A stretch of DNA of 64,000 nucleotides from Eledone cirrhosa (taxonomy: Eukaryota): positions 45,880,001-45,944,000 of the forward strand of contig OZ024740.1 in NCBI GenBank assembly GCA_964016885.1, in the 5' to 3' direction. Below are positions 12,400 to 26,569 of this stretch, piece after piece. The notes beneath the pieces were generated by a model. The model made no database searches. It was given only the letters and a program-made list of their open reading frames with translations, and was not told where the DNA came from. The position numbers were made by a program, and so were the translations under genes. Numbering within the stretch: position 1 is the first letter of the stretch; each line of letters begins with the position of its first letter.

Positions 12400-15300
12400 T
12401 ACTGTCTATTGTTGTATGTAACAGGATATTGGTGTCGTACAGCAAGAATTAGACCTACTGTCTATTGTTGTATGTAACAAGATATTGGTGTTGTACAGCA
12501 AGAATTGGACCTACTGTCTGTTGTTGTGTGTAACAAGATATTGGTGTTGTACAGCAAATATTAGACCTACTGTCTATTGTTGTATGTAACAAGATATTGG
12601 TGTTGTACAGCAAGAATTATACCTACTGTCTATCGTTGTATGTAACAAGATATTGGTGTTGTACAGCAAGAATTAGACCTACTGTCTGTTGTTGTGTGTA
12701 ACAAGATATTGGTGTTGTACAGCAAGAATTAGACCTACTGTCTATTGTTGTATGTAACAAGATATTGGTGTTGTACAGCAAGAATTAGACCTACTGTCCA
12801 TTGTTGTATGTAACAAGATATTGGTGTTGTACAGCAAGAATTAGACCTACTGTCTATTGTTGTGTGTAACAAGACATTGGTGTTGTAAGGCAAGAATTAG
12901 ATCTACTGTCTATTGTTGTGTGTAACAAGATATTGGTGTTGTACAGCAAGAATTAAGCCTACTGTCTATTGTTGTAATTAGACATTCGTGTTGTACAGCA
13001 AGAATTAGACCTACTGTCTATTGTTGTATGTAACAAGACATTGGTGTTGTACAGCAAGAATTAGATCTACTGTATATTGTTGTATGTAACAAGACATTGG
13101 TGTTGTACAACAAGAATTAGATCTACTGTCTATTGTTGTATGTAAAAAGTCATTGGTGTTGTACAGCAAGAATTAGATCTACTGTCTATTGTCGTATGTA
13201 ACAAGACATTGGTGTTGTACAGCAAGAATTAGGCCTACTGTCTATTGTTGTAATTAGACATTCGTGTTGTACTGCAAGAATTAGATCTACTGTCTATTGT
13301 TGTATGTAACAAGATATTGGTGTTGTACAGCAAGAATTAGATCTACTGTCTATTGTTGTGTGTATCAAGACATTGGTGTTGTGCAGCAAGAATTAGATCT
13401 ACTGTCTATTGTTGTGTGTAACAAGACATTGGTGTTGTACAGCAAGAATTCGATCTACTGTCTATTGTTGTATGTAACAAGATATTGGTGTTGTACAGCA
13501 AGAATTAGGCCTACTGTCTATTGTCGTGTGTCACAAGACATTGGTGTTGTACAGCAAGAATTAGGCTTACTGTCTATTGTTGTAATTAGACATTCGTGTT
13601 GTACAGCAAGAATTAGATCTATTGTCTATTGTTGTGTGTAACTAGATATTGGTTTTGTACAGCAAGAATTAGATCTACCCTCTATTGTTGTATGTAACAA
13701 GACATTGGTGTTGTACAGAAAGAATTAGGCCTACTGTCTATTGTTGTAATTAGACATTCGTGTTGTACAGCAAGAATTAGATCTACTGTCTATTGTTGTG
13801 TGTAACAAGACATTGGTGTTGTGCAGCAAGAATTCGATCTACTGTCTATTGTTGTATGTAACAAGATGTTGGTGTTGTACAGCAAGAATTAGACCTACTG
13901 TCTATTGTTGTATGTAACAAGATATTGGTGTTGTACAGCGAGAATTAGACCTACTGTCTGTTGTTGTGTGTAACAAGATATTGGTGTTGTACAGCAAGAA
14001 TTAGACCTACTGTCTGTTGTTGTGTGTAACAAGATATTGGTGTTGTACACCAAGATTTAGACCTACTGTCTATTGTTGTATGTAACAGGATATTGGTGTC
14101 GTACAGCAAGAATTAGACCTACTGTCTATTGTTGTATGTAACAAGATATTGGTGTAGTACAGCAAGAATTAGACCTACTGTCTATTGTTGTATGTAACAG
14201 GATATTGGTGTTGTACAGCAAGAATTAGACCTGCTGTCTATTGTTGTATGTAACAAGATATTGGTGTTGTACAGCAAGAATTAGGCCTACTGTCTATAGT
14301 TGTAATTAGACATTCGTGTTGTACAGCAAGAATTAGATCTACTGTCTATTGTTGTATGTAACAAGATATTGGTGTTGTACAGCAAGAATTAGATCTACTG
14401 TCTATTGTTGTATGTAACAAGACATTGGTGTTGTGCAGCAAGAATTAGATCTATTGTCTATTGTTGTGTGTAACAAGATATTGGTGTTGTACAGCAAGAA
14501 TTAGACCTACTGTCTATTGTGGTATGTAACAAGATATTGGTGTTGTACAGCAAGAATTAGACCTACTGTCTATTGTGGTATGTAACAAGATATTGGTGTT
14601 GTACAGCAAGAATTAGGCCTACTGTCTATTGTTGTAATTAGACATTCGTGTTGTACAGCAAGAATTAGATCTACTGTCTATTGTTGTGTGTAACAAGACA
14701 TTGGTGTTGTACAGCAAGAATTAGATCTACTGTCTATTGTTGTATGTAACAAGACATTGTTGTTGTACAGCAAGAATTAGGCCTACTGTCTATAGTTGTA
14801 ATTAGACATTCGTGTTGTACAGCAAGAATTAGATCTACTGTCTATTGTTGTATGTAACAAGATATTGGTGTTGTACAGCAAGAATTAGATCTACTGTCTA
14901 TTGTTGTATGTAACAAGACATTGGTGTTGTGCAGCAAGAATTAGATCTACTGTCTATTGTTGTGTGTAACAAGATATTGGTGTTGTACAGCAAGAATTAG
15001 ACCTACTGTCTATTGTGGTATGTAACAAGATATTGGTGTTGTACAGCCAGAATTAGACCTACTGTCTGTTGTTGTATGTAACAAGATATTGGTGTTGTAC
15101 AGCAAGAATTAGATGTATTGTCTATTGTTGTATGTAACAAGACATTGGTGTTGTACAGCAAGAATTAGATCTACTGTCTATTGTTGTATGTAACAAGACA
15201 TTGGTTTTGTACAGCAAGAATTAGGCCTACTTTCTATTGTTGTAATTAGACATTCGTGTTGTACAGCAAGAATTAGATCTACTGTCTATTGTTGTACGTG

Positions 15301-18300
15301 ACAAGACATTGGTGTTGTACAGCAAGAATTAGGCCTACTTTCTATTGTTATAATTAGACATTCGTGTTGTACAGCAAGAATTAGATCTACTGTCTATTGT
15401 TGTGTGTAACAAGATATTGGTGTTGTACAGCAAGAATTAGATCTACTGTCTATTGTTGTGTGTAACAAGACATTGGTGTTGTACAGCAAGAATTAGATCT
15501 ACTGTCTATTGTTGTGTGTAACAAGACATTGGTGTTGTACGGCAAGAATTAGATCTACTGTCTATTGTTGTATGTAACAAGACATTGTTGTTGTACAGCA
15601 AGAATTAGGCCTACTGTCTATTGTTGTATGTAACAATATATTGGTGTTGTACAGCAAGAATTAGATGTATTATCTATTGTTGTATGTAACAAGACATTGG
15701 TGTTGTACAGCAAGAATTAGATCTACTGTCTGTTGTTGTATGTAACAAGACATTGGTGTTGTACAGCAAGAATTAAATCTACCCTCTATTGTTGTATGTA
15801 ACAAGACATTGGTGTTGTACAGAAAGAATTAGGCCTACTGTCTATTGTTGTAATTAGACATTCGTGTTGTACAGCAAGAATTAGATCTACTGTCTATTGT
15901 TGTGTGTAACGAGACATTGGTGTTGTGCAGCAAGAATTAGATCTACAGTCTATTGTTGTATGTAACAAGACATTGGTTTTGTACAGCAAGAATTAGGCCT
16001 ACTTTCTATTGTTGTAATTAGACATTCGTGTTGTACAGCAAGAATTAGATCTACTGTCTATTGTTGTATGTGACAAGATATTGGTGTTGTACAGCAAGAA
16101 TTAGAACTATTGTCTATTGTTGTATGTAACAAGACATTGGTGTTGTTCAGCAAGAATTAGATCTACTGTCTGTTGTTGTATGTAACAAGACATTGGTGTT
16201 GTACAGCAAGAATTAAATCTACTGTCTATTGTTGTATGTAACAAGATATTGGTGTTGTACAGCAAGAATTAGACCTACTGTCTATTGTTGTATGTAACAA
16301 TATATTGGTGTTGTACAGCAAGAATTAGACCTACTGTCTGTTGTTGTATGTAAAAAGATATTGGTGTTGTACAGCAAGAATTAGATGTATTGTCTATTGT
16401 TGTATGTAACAAGACATTGGTGTTGTACAGCAAGAATTAGATCTACTGTCTATTGTTGTATGTAACAAGACATTGGTGTTGTACAGCAAGAATTAGGCCT
16501 ACTTTCTATTATTGTAATTAGACATTCGTGTTGTACAGCAAGAATTAGATCTACTGTCTATTGTTGTATGTAAAAAGATATTGGTGTTGTACAGCAAGAA
16601 TTAGAACTATTGTCTATTGTTGTATGTAACAAGACATTGGTGTTGTACAGCAAGAATTAGATCTACTGTCTATTGTTGTATGTAACAAGATATTGGTGTT
16701 GTACAGCAAGAATTAGACCTACTGTCTATTGTTTTATGTAACAAGATATTGGTGTTGTACAGCAAGAATTAGACCTACTGTCTGTTGTTGTATGTAACAA
16801 GATATTGGTGTTGTACAGCAAGAATTAGATCTACTGTCTATTGTTGTATGTAACAAGATGTTGGTGTTGTACAGAAAGAATTAGACCTACTGTCTGTTGT
16901 TGTGTGTAACAAGATATTGGTGTTGTAAAGCAAGAATTAGACCTACTCTCTGTTGTTGTGTGTAACAAGATATTGGTGTTGTACAGCAAGAATTAGACCT
17001 ACTGTCTATTGCTGTATGTAACAGGATATTGGTGTTGTACAGCAAGAATTAGACCTACTGTCTATTGTTGTATGTAACAAGATATTGGTGTTGTACTGCA
17101 AGAATTAGACCTACTGTCTGTTGTTGTGTGTAACAAGATATTGGTGTTGTACAGCAAAAATTAGACCTACTGTCTATTGTTGTATGTAAGAAGATATTGG
17201 TGTTGTACAGCAAGAATTAGACCTACTGTCTGTTGTTGTGCGTAACAAGATATTGGTTTTGTACAGCAAGAATTAGACCTACTGTCTGTTGTTGTGTGTA
17301 ACAAGATATTGGTGTTGTACAGCAGGAATTAGACCTACTGTCTATTGTTGTATGTAACAAGATATTGGTGTTGTACAGCAAGAATTAGACCTACTGTCTA
17401 TTGTTGTATGTAACAAGATATTGGTGTTGTACAGCAAGAATTAGACCTACTGTCTATTGTTGTATGTAACAAGATATTGGTGTTGTACAGCATGAATTAG
17501 ACCTACTGTCTATTGTTGTGTGTAACAAGACATTGGTGTTGTACAGCAAGAATTAGATCTACTGTCTATTGTTGTGTGTAACAAGATATTGGTGTTGTAC
17601 AGCAAGAATTAGGCCTACTGTCTATTATTGTAATTAGACATTCGTGTTGTACAGCAAGAATTAGATCTACTGTCTATTGTTGTATGTAACAAGACATTGG
17701 TGTTGTACAGCAAGAATTAGATCTACTGTCTATTGTTGTATGTAACAGGATATTGGTGTCGTACAGCAAGAATTAGACCTACTGTCTATTGTTGTATGTA
17801 ACAAGATATTGGTGTTGTACAGCAAGAATTGGACCTACTGTCTGTTGTTGTGTGTAACAAGATATTGGTGTTGTACAGCAAATATTAGACCTACTGTCTA
17901 TTGTTGTATGTAACAAGATATTGGTGTTGTACAGCAAGAATTATACCTACTGTCTATCGTTGTATGTAACAAGATATTGGTGTTGTACAGCAAGAATTAG
18001 ACCTACTGTCTGTTGTTGTGTGTAACAAGATATTGGTGTTGTACAGCAAGAATTAGACCTACTGTCTATTGTTGTATGTAACAAGATATTGGTGTTGTAC
18101 AGCAAGAATTAGACCTACTGTCCATTGTTGTATGTAACAAGATATTGGTGTTGTACAGCAAGAATTAGACCTACTGTCTATTGTTGTGTGTAACAAGACA
18201 TTGGTGTTGTAAGGCAAGAATTAGATCTACTGTCTATTGTTGTGTGTAACAAGATATTGGTGTTGTACAGCAAGAATTAAGCCTACTGTCTATTGTTGTA

Positions 18301-21300
18301 ATTAGACATTCGTGTTGTACAGCAAGAATTAGACCTACTGTCTATTGTTGTATGTAACAAGACATTGGTGTTGTACAGCAAGAATTAGATCTACTGTATA
18401 TTGTTGTATGTAACAAGACATTGGTGTTGTACAACAAGAATTAGATCTACTGTCTATTGTTGTATGTAAAAAGTCATTGGTGTTGTACAGCAAGAATTAG
18501 ATCTACTGTCTATTGTCGTATGTAACAAGACATTGGTGTTGTACAGCAAGAATTAGGCCTACTGTCTATTGTTGTAATTAGACATTCGTGTTGTACTGCA
18601 AGAATTAGATCTACTGTCTATTGTTGTATGTAACAAGATATTGGTGTTGTACAGCAAGAATTAGATCTACTGTCTATTGTTGTGTGTATCAAGACATTGG
18701 TGTTGTGCAGCAAGAATTAGATCTACTGTCTATTGTTGTGTGTAACAAGACATTGGTGTTGTACAGCAAGAATTCGATCTACTGTCTATTGTTGTATGTA
18801 ACAAGATATTGGTGTTGTACAGCAAGAATTAGGCCTACTGTCTATTGTCGTGTGTCACAAGACATTGGTGTTGTACAGCAAGAATTAGGCTTACTGTCTA
18901 TTGTTGTAATTAGACATTCGTGTTGTACAGCAAGAATTAGATCTATTGTCTATTGTTGTGTGTAACTAGATATTGGTTTTGTACAGCAAGAATTAGATCT
19001 ACCCTCTATTGTTGTATGTAACAAGACATTGGTGTTGTACAGAAAGAATTAGGCCTACTGTCTATTGTTGTAATTAGACATTCGTGTTGTACAGCAAGAA
19101 TTAGATCTACTGTCTATTGTTGTGTGTAACAAGACATTGGTGTTGTGCAGCAAGAATTCGATCTACTGTCTATTGTTGTATGTAACAAGATGTTGGTGTT
19201 GTACAGCAAGAATTAGACCTACTGTCTATTGTTGTATGTAACAAGATATTGGTGTTGTACAGCGAGAATTAGACCTACTGTCTGTTGTTGTGTGTAACAA
19301 GATATTGGTGTTGTACAGCAAGAATTAGACCTACTGTCTGTTGTTGTGTGTAACAAGATATTGGTGTTGTACACCAAGATTTAGACCTACTGTCTATTGT
19401 TGTATGTAACAGGATATTGGTGTCGTACAGCAAGAATTAGACCTACTGTCTATTGTTGTATGTAACAAGATATTGGTGTAGTACAGCAAGAATTAGACCT
19501 ACTGTCTATTGTTGTATGTAACAGGATATTGGTGTTGTACAGCAAGAATTAGACCTGCTGTCTATTGTTGTATGTAACAAGATATTGGTGTTGTACAGCA
19601 AGAATTAGGCCTACTGTCTATAGTTGTAATTAGACATTCGTGTTGTACAGCAAGAATTAGATCTACTGTCTATTGTTGTATGTAACAAGATATTGGTGTT
19701 GTACAGCAAGAATTAGATCTACTGTCTATTGTTGTATGTAACAAGACATTGGTGTTGTGCAGCAAGAATTAGATCTATTGTCTATTGTTGTGTGTAACAA
19801 GATATTGGTGTTGTACAGCAAGAATTAGACCTACTGTCTATTGTGGTATGTAACAAGATATTGGTGTTGTACAGCAAGAATTAGACCTACTGTCTATTGT
19901 GGTATGTAACAAGATATTGGTGTTGTACAGCAAGAATTAGGCCTACTGTCTATTGTTGTAATTAGACATTCGTGTTGTACAGCAAGAATTAGATCTACTG
20001 TCTATTGTTGTGTGTAACAAGACATTGGTGTTGTACAGCAAGAATTAGATCTACTGTCTATTGTTGTATGTAACAAGACATTGTTGTTGTACAGCAAGAA
20101 TTAGGCCTACTGTCTATTGTTGTAATTAGACATTCGTGTTGTACAGCAAGAATTAGATCTACTGTCTATTGTTGTGTGTAACAAGACATTGGTGTTGTGC
20201 AGCAAGAATTAGATCTACTGTCTATTGTTGTGTGTAACAAGATATTGGTGTTGTACAGCAAGAATTAGACCTACTGTCTATTGTGGTATGTAACAAGATA
20301 TTGGTGTTGTACAGCCAGAATTAGACCTACTGTCTGTTGTTGTATGTAACAAGATATTGGTGTTGTACAGCAAGAATTAGATGTATTGTCTATTGTTGTA
20401 TGTAACAAGACATTGGTGTTGTACAGCAAGAATTAGATCTACTGTCTATTGTTGTATGTAACAAGACATTGGTTTTGTACAGCAAGAATTAGGCCTACTT
20501 TCTATTGTTGTAATTAGACATTCGTGTTGTACAGCAAGAATTAGATCTACTGTCTATTGTTGTACGTGACAAGACATTGGTGTTGTACAGCAAGAATTAG
20601 GCCTACTTTCTATTGTTATAATTAGACATTCGTGTTGTACAGCAAGAATTAGATCTACTGTCTATTGTTGTGTGTAACAAGATATTGGTGTTGTACAGCA
20701 AGAATTAGATCTACTGTCTATTGTTGTGTGTAACAAGACATTGGTGTTGTACAGCAAGAATTAGATCTACTGTCTATTGTTGTGTGTAACAAGACATTGG
20801 TGTTGTACGGCAAGAATTAGATCTACTGTCTATTGTTGTATGTAACAAGACATTGTTGTTGTACAGCAAGAATTAGGCCTACTGTCTATTGTTGTATGTA
20901 ACAATATATTGGTGTTGTACAGCAAGAATTAGATGTATTATCTATTGTTGTATGTAACAAGACATTGGTGTTGTACAGCAAGAATTAGATCTACTGTCTC
21001 TTGTTGTATGTAACAAGACATTGGTTTTGTACAGCAAGAATTAGGCCTACTTTCTATTGTTGTAATTAGACATTCGTGTTGTACAGCAAGAATTAGATCT
21101 ACTGTCTATTGTTGTATGTGACAAGATATTGGTGTTGTACAGCAAGAATTAGAACTATTGTCTATTGTTGTATGTAACAAGACATTGGTGTTGTTCAGCA
21201 AGAATTAGATCTACTGTCTGTTGTTGTATGTAACAAGACATTGGTGTTGTACAGCAAGAATTAAATCTACTGTCTATTGTTGTATGTAACAAGATATTGG

Positions 21301-22770
21301 TGTTGTACAGCAAGAATTAGACCTACTGTCTATTGTTGTATGTAACAATATATTGGTGTTGTACAGCAAGAATTAGACCTACTGTCTGTTGTTGTATGTA
21401 AAAAGATATTGGTGTTGTACAGCAAGAATTAGATGTATTGTCTATTGTTGTATGTAACAAGACATTGGTGTTGTACAGCAAGAATTAGATCTACTGTCTA
21501 TTGTTGTATGTAACAAGACATTGGTGTTGTACAGCAAGAATTAGGCCTACTTTCTATTATTGTAATTAGACATTCGTGTTGTACAGCAAGAATTAGATCT
21601 ACTGTCTATTGTTGTATGTAAAAAGATATTGGTGTTGTACAGCAAGAATTAGAACTATTGTCTATTGTTGTATGTAACAAGACATTGGTGTTGTACAGCA
21701 AGAATTAGATCTACTGTCTATTGTTGTATGTAACAAGATATTGGTGTTGTACAGCAAGAATTAGACCTACTGTCTATTGTTTTATGTAACAAGATATTGG
21801 TGTTGTACAGCAAGAATTAGACCTACTGTCTGTTGTTGTATGTAACAAGATATTGGTGTTGTACAGCAAGAATTAGATCTACTGTCTATTGTTGTATGTA
21901 ACAAGATGTTGGTGTTGTACAGAAAGAATTAGACCTACTGTCTGTTGTTGTGTGTAACAAGATATTGGTGTTGTAAAGCAAGAATTAGACCTACTCTCTG
22001 TTGTTGTGTGTAACAAGATATTGGTGTTGTACAGCAAGAATTAGACCTACTGTCTATTGCTGTATGTAACAGGATATTGGTGTTGTACAGCAAGAATTAG
22101 ACCTACTGTCTATTGTTGTATGTAACAAGATATTGGTGTTGTACTGCAAGAATTAGACCTACTGTCTGTTGTTGTGTGTAACAAGATATTGGTGTTGTAC
22201 AGCAAAAATTAGACCTACTGTCTATTGTTGTATGTAAGAAGATATTGGTGTTGTACAGCAAGAATTAGACCTACTGTCTGTTGTTGTGCGTAACAAGATA
22301 TTGGTTTTGTACAGCAAGAATTAGACCTACTGTCTGTTGTTGTGTGTAACAAGATATTGGTGTTGTACAGCAGGAATTAGACCTACTGTCTATTGTTGTA
22401 TGTAACAAGATATTGGTGTTGTACAGCAAGAATTAGACCTACTGTCTATTGTTGTATGTAACAAGATATTGGTGTTGTACAGCAAGAATTAGACCTACTG
22501 TCTATTGTTGTATGTAACAAGATATTGGTGTTGTACAGCATGAATTAGACCTACTGTCTATTGTTGTGTGTAACAAGACATTGGTGTTGTACAGCAAGAA
22601 TTAGATCTACTGTCTATTGTTGTGTGTAACAAGATATTGGTGTTGTACAGCAAGAATTAGGCCTACTGTCTATTATTGTAATTAGACATTCGTGTTGTAC
22701 AGCAAGAATTAGATCTACTGTCTATTGTTGTATGTAACAAGACATTGGTGTTGTACAGCAAGAATTAGAT
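12400..22770. repeat. Tandem segmental duplication of about 5.0-5.3 kb (two copies, junction near 17,725)
   Basis: ACAGGATATTGGTGTCG is at 12421 and 17745, and identical ORF-track hits are at 13297 and 18621 (offset 5,324). The offset falls to 5,268 (AGATGTATTA at 15663/20931) and then 5,048 (ACAGCAAAAA at 17151/22199) because of whole-monomer indels. Confidence 0.9.
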
Positions 22771-25700
22771 CCACTGTCTATTGTTGTATGTAACAAGACA
22801 TTGGTGTTGTACAACAAGAATTAGATCTACTGTCTATTGTTGTATGTAACAAGAAATTGGTGTTGTACAGCAAGAATTAGATCTACTGTCTATTGTCGTA
22901 TGTAACAAGACATTGGTGTTGTACAGCAAGAATTAGGCCTACTGTCTATTGTTGTAATTAGACATTCGTGTTGTACAGCAAGAATTAGATCTACTGTCTA
23001 TTGTTGTATGTAACAAGATATTGGTGTTGTACAGCAAGAATTAGATCTACTGTCTATTGTTGTGTGTAACAAGACATTGGTGTTGTGCAGCAAGAATTAG
23101 ATCTACTGTCTATTGTTGTGTGTAACAAGACATTGGTGTTTTACAGCAAGAATTCGATCTACTGTCTATTGTTGTATGTAACAAGATATTGGTGTTGTAC
23201 AGCAAGAATTAGGCCTACTGTCTATTGTTGTGTGTAACAAGACATTGGTGTTGTACAGCAAGAATTAGATCTACCCTCTATTGTTGTATGTAACAAGACA
23301 TTGGTGTTGTACAGAAAGAATTAGGCCTACTGTCTATTGTTGTAATTAGACATTCGTGTTGTACAGCAAGAATTAGATCTATTGTCTATTGTTGTGTGTA
23401 ACAAGATATTGGTTTTGTACAGCAAGAATTAGATCTACCCTCTATTGTTGTATGTAACAAGACATTGGTGTTGTACAGAAAGGATTAGGCCTACTGTCTA
23501 TTGTTGTAATTAGACATTCGTGTTGTACAGCAAGAATTAGATCTACTGTCTATTGTTGTGTGTAACGAGACATTGGTGTTGTGCAGCAAGAATTAGATCT
23601 ACAGTCTATTGTTGTGTGTAACAAGACATTGGTGTTGTACAGCAAGAATTCGATCTACTGTCTATTGTTGTATGTAACAAGATGTTGGTGTTGTACAGCA
23701 AGAATTAGACCTACTGTCTGTTGTTGTGTGTAATAAGATATTGGTGTTGTACAGCAAGAATTAGACCTACTGTCTATTGTTGTATGTAACAAGATATTGG
23801 TGTTGTACAGCAAGAATTAGACCTACTGTCTGTTGTTGTGTGTAACAAGATATTGGTGTTGTACAGCAAGAATTAGACCTACTGTCTGTTGTTGTGTGTA
23901 ACAAGATATTGGTGTTGTACAGCAAGAATTAGACCTACTGTCTATTGTTGTATGTAACAGGATATTGGTGTTGTACAGCATGAATTAGACCTACTGTCTA
24001 TTGTTGTATGTAACAAGATATTGGTGTTGTACAGCAAGAATTAGACCTACTGTCTGTTGTTGTGTGTAACAAGATATTGGTGTTGTACAGCAAGAATTAG
24101 ACCTACTGTCTATTGTTGTATGTAACAAGATATTGGTGTTGTACAGCAAGAATTAGGCCTATTGTCTATAGTTGTAATTAGACATTCGTGTTGTACAGCA
24201 AGAATTAGATCTACTGTCTATCGTTGTATGTAACAAGATATTGGTGTTGTACAGCAAGAATTAGACCTACTGTCTGTTGTTGTGTGTAACAAGATATTGG
24301 TGTTGTACAGCAAGAATTAGACCTACTGTCTATTGTTGTATGTAACAAGATATTGGTGTTGTACAGCAAGAATTAGGCCTACTGTCTATTGTTGTATGTA
24401 ACAAGATATTGGTGTTGTACAGCAAGAATTAGACCTACTGTCTATTGTTGTATGTAACAAGATATTGGTGTAGTACAGCAAGAATTAGACCTACTGTCTA
24501 TTGTTGTATGTAACAAGATATTGGTGTTGTACAGCAAGAATTAGACCTACTGTCTATTGTTGTGTGTAACAAGACATTGGTGTTGTACAGCAAGAATTAG
24601 ATCTACTGTCTATTGTTGTGTGTAACAAGATATTGGTGTTGTACAGCAAGAATTAGGCCTACTGTCTATTGTTGTAATTAGTCATTCGTGTTGTGCTGCA
24701 AGAATTAGATCTACTGTCTATTGTTGTATGTAAGAAGACATTGGTGTTGTACAGCAAGAATTAGATCTACTGTCTATTGTTGTATGTAACAAGACATTGG
24801 TGTTGTACAGCAAGAATTAGATCTACTGTCTATTGTTGTATGTAACAATATATTGGTGTTGTACAGCAAGAATTAGGCCTACTGTCTATTGTCGTGTGTC
24901 ACAAGACATTGGTGTTGTACAGCAAGAATTAGATCTATTGTCTATTGTTGTATGTAACAAGATATTGGTGTTGTACAGCAAGAATTAGGCCTACTGTCTA
25001 TTGTTGTGTGTAACAAGACATTGGTGTTGTACAGCAAGAATTAGGCTTACTGTCTATTGTTGTAATTAGACATTCGTGTTGTACAGCAAGAATTAGATCT
25101 ATTGTCTATTGTTGTGTGTAACAAGATATTGGTTTTGTACAGCAAGAATTAGATCTACCCTCTATTGTTGTATGTAACAAGACATTGGTGTTGTACAGAA
25201 AGAATTAGGCCTACTGTCTATTGTTGTAATTAGACATTCGTGTTGTACAGCAAGAATTAGATCTACTGTCTATTGTTGTGTGTAACAAGACATTGGTGTT
25301 GTGCAGCAAGAATTAGATCTACAGTCTATTGTTGTGTGTAAATAGACATCGGTGTTGTACAGCAAGAATTCGATCTACTGTCTATTGTTGTATGTAACAA
25401 GATGTTGGTGTTTTACAGCAAGAATTAGACCTACTGTCTGTTGTTGTGTGTAACAAGATATTGGTGTTGTACAGCAAGAATTAGACCTACTGTCTATTGT
25501 TGTATGTAACAATATATTGGTGTTGTACAGCAAGAATTAGACCTACTGTCTGTTGTGTGTAACAAGATATTGGTGTTGTACAGCAAGAATTAGACCTACT
25601 GTCTGTTGTTGTGTGTAACAAGATATTGGTGTTGTACAGCAAGAATTAGACCTACTGTCTATTGTTGTAATGTAACAGGATATTGGTGTCGTACAGCAAG

Positions 25701-26569
25701 AATTAGACCTACTGTCTATTGTTGTATGTAACAAGATATTGGTGTTGTACAGCAAGAATTGGACCTACTGTCTGTTGTTGTGTGTAACAAGATATTGGTG
25801 TTGTACAGCAAATATTAGACCTACTGTCTATTGTTGTATGTAAAAAGATATTGGTGTTGTACAGCAAGAATTAGACCTACTGTCTATAGTTGTAATTAGA
25901 CATTCGTGTTGTACAGCAAGAATTAGATCTACTGTCTATTGTTGTATGTAACAAGATATTGGTGTTGTACAGCAAGAATTATACCTACTGTCTATCGTTG
26001 TATGTAACAAGATATTGGTGTTGTACAGCAAGAATTAGACCTACTGTCTGTTGTTGTGTGTAACAAGATATTGGTGTTGTACAGCAAGAATTAGACCTAC
26101 TGTCTATTGTTGTATGTAACAAGATATTGGTGTTGTACAGCAAGAATTAGACCTACTGTCTATTGTTGTATGTAACAAGATATTGGTGATGTACAGCAAG
26201 AATTAGACCTACTGTCTATTGTTGTATGTAACAAGATATTGGTGTTGTACAGCAAGAATTAGACCTACTGTCTATTGTTGTATGTAACAAGATATTGGTG
26301 TTGTACAGCAAGAATTAGACCTACTGTCTATTGTTGTGTGTAACAAGACATTGGTGTTGTAAGGCAAGAATTAGATCTACTGTCTATTGTTGTGTGTAAC
26401 AAGATATTGGTGTTGTACAGCAAGAATTAAGCCTACTGTCTATTGTTGTAATTAGACATTCGTGTTGTACAGCAAGAATTAGACCTACTGTCTATTGTTG
26501 TATGTAACAAGACATTGGTGTTGTACAGCAAGAATTAGATCTACTGTATATTGTTGTATGTAACAAGAC

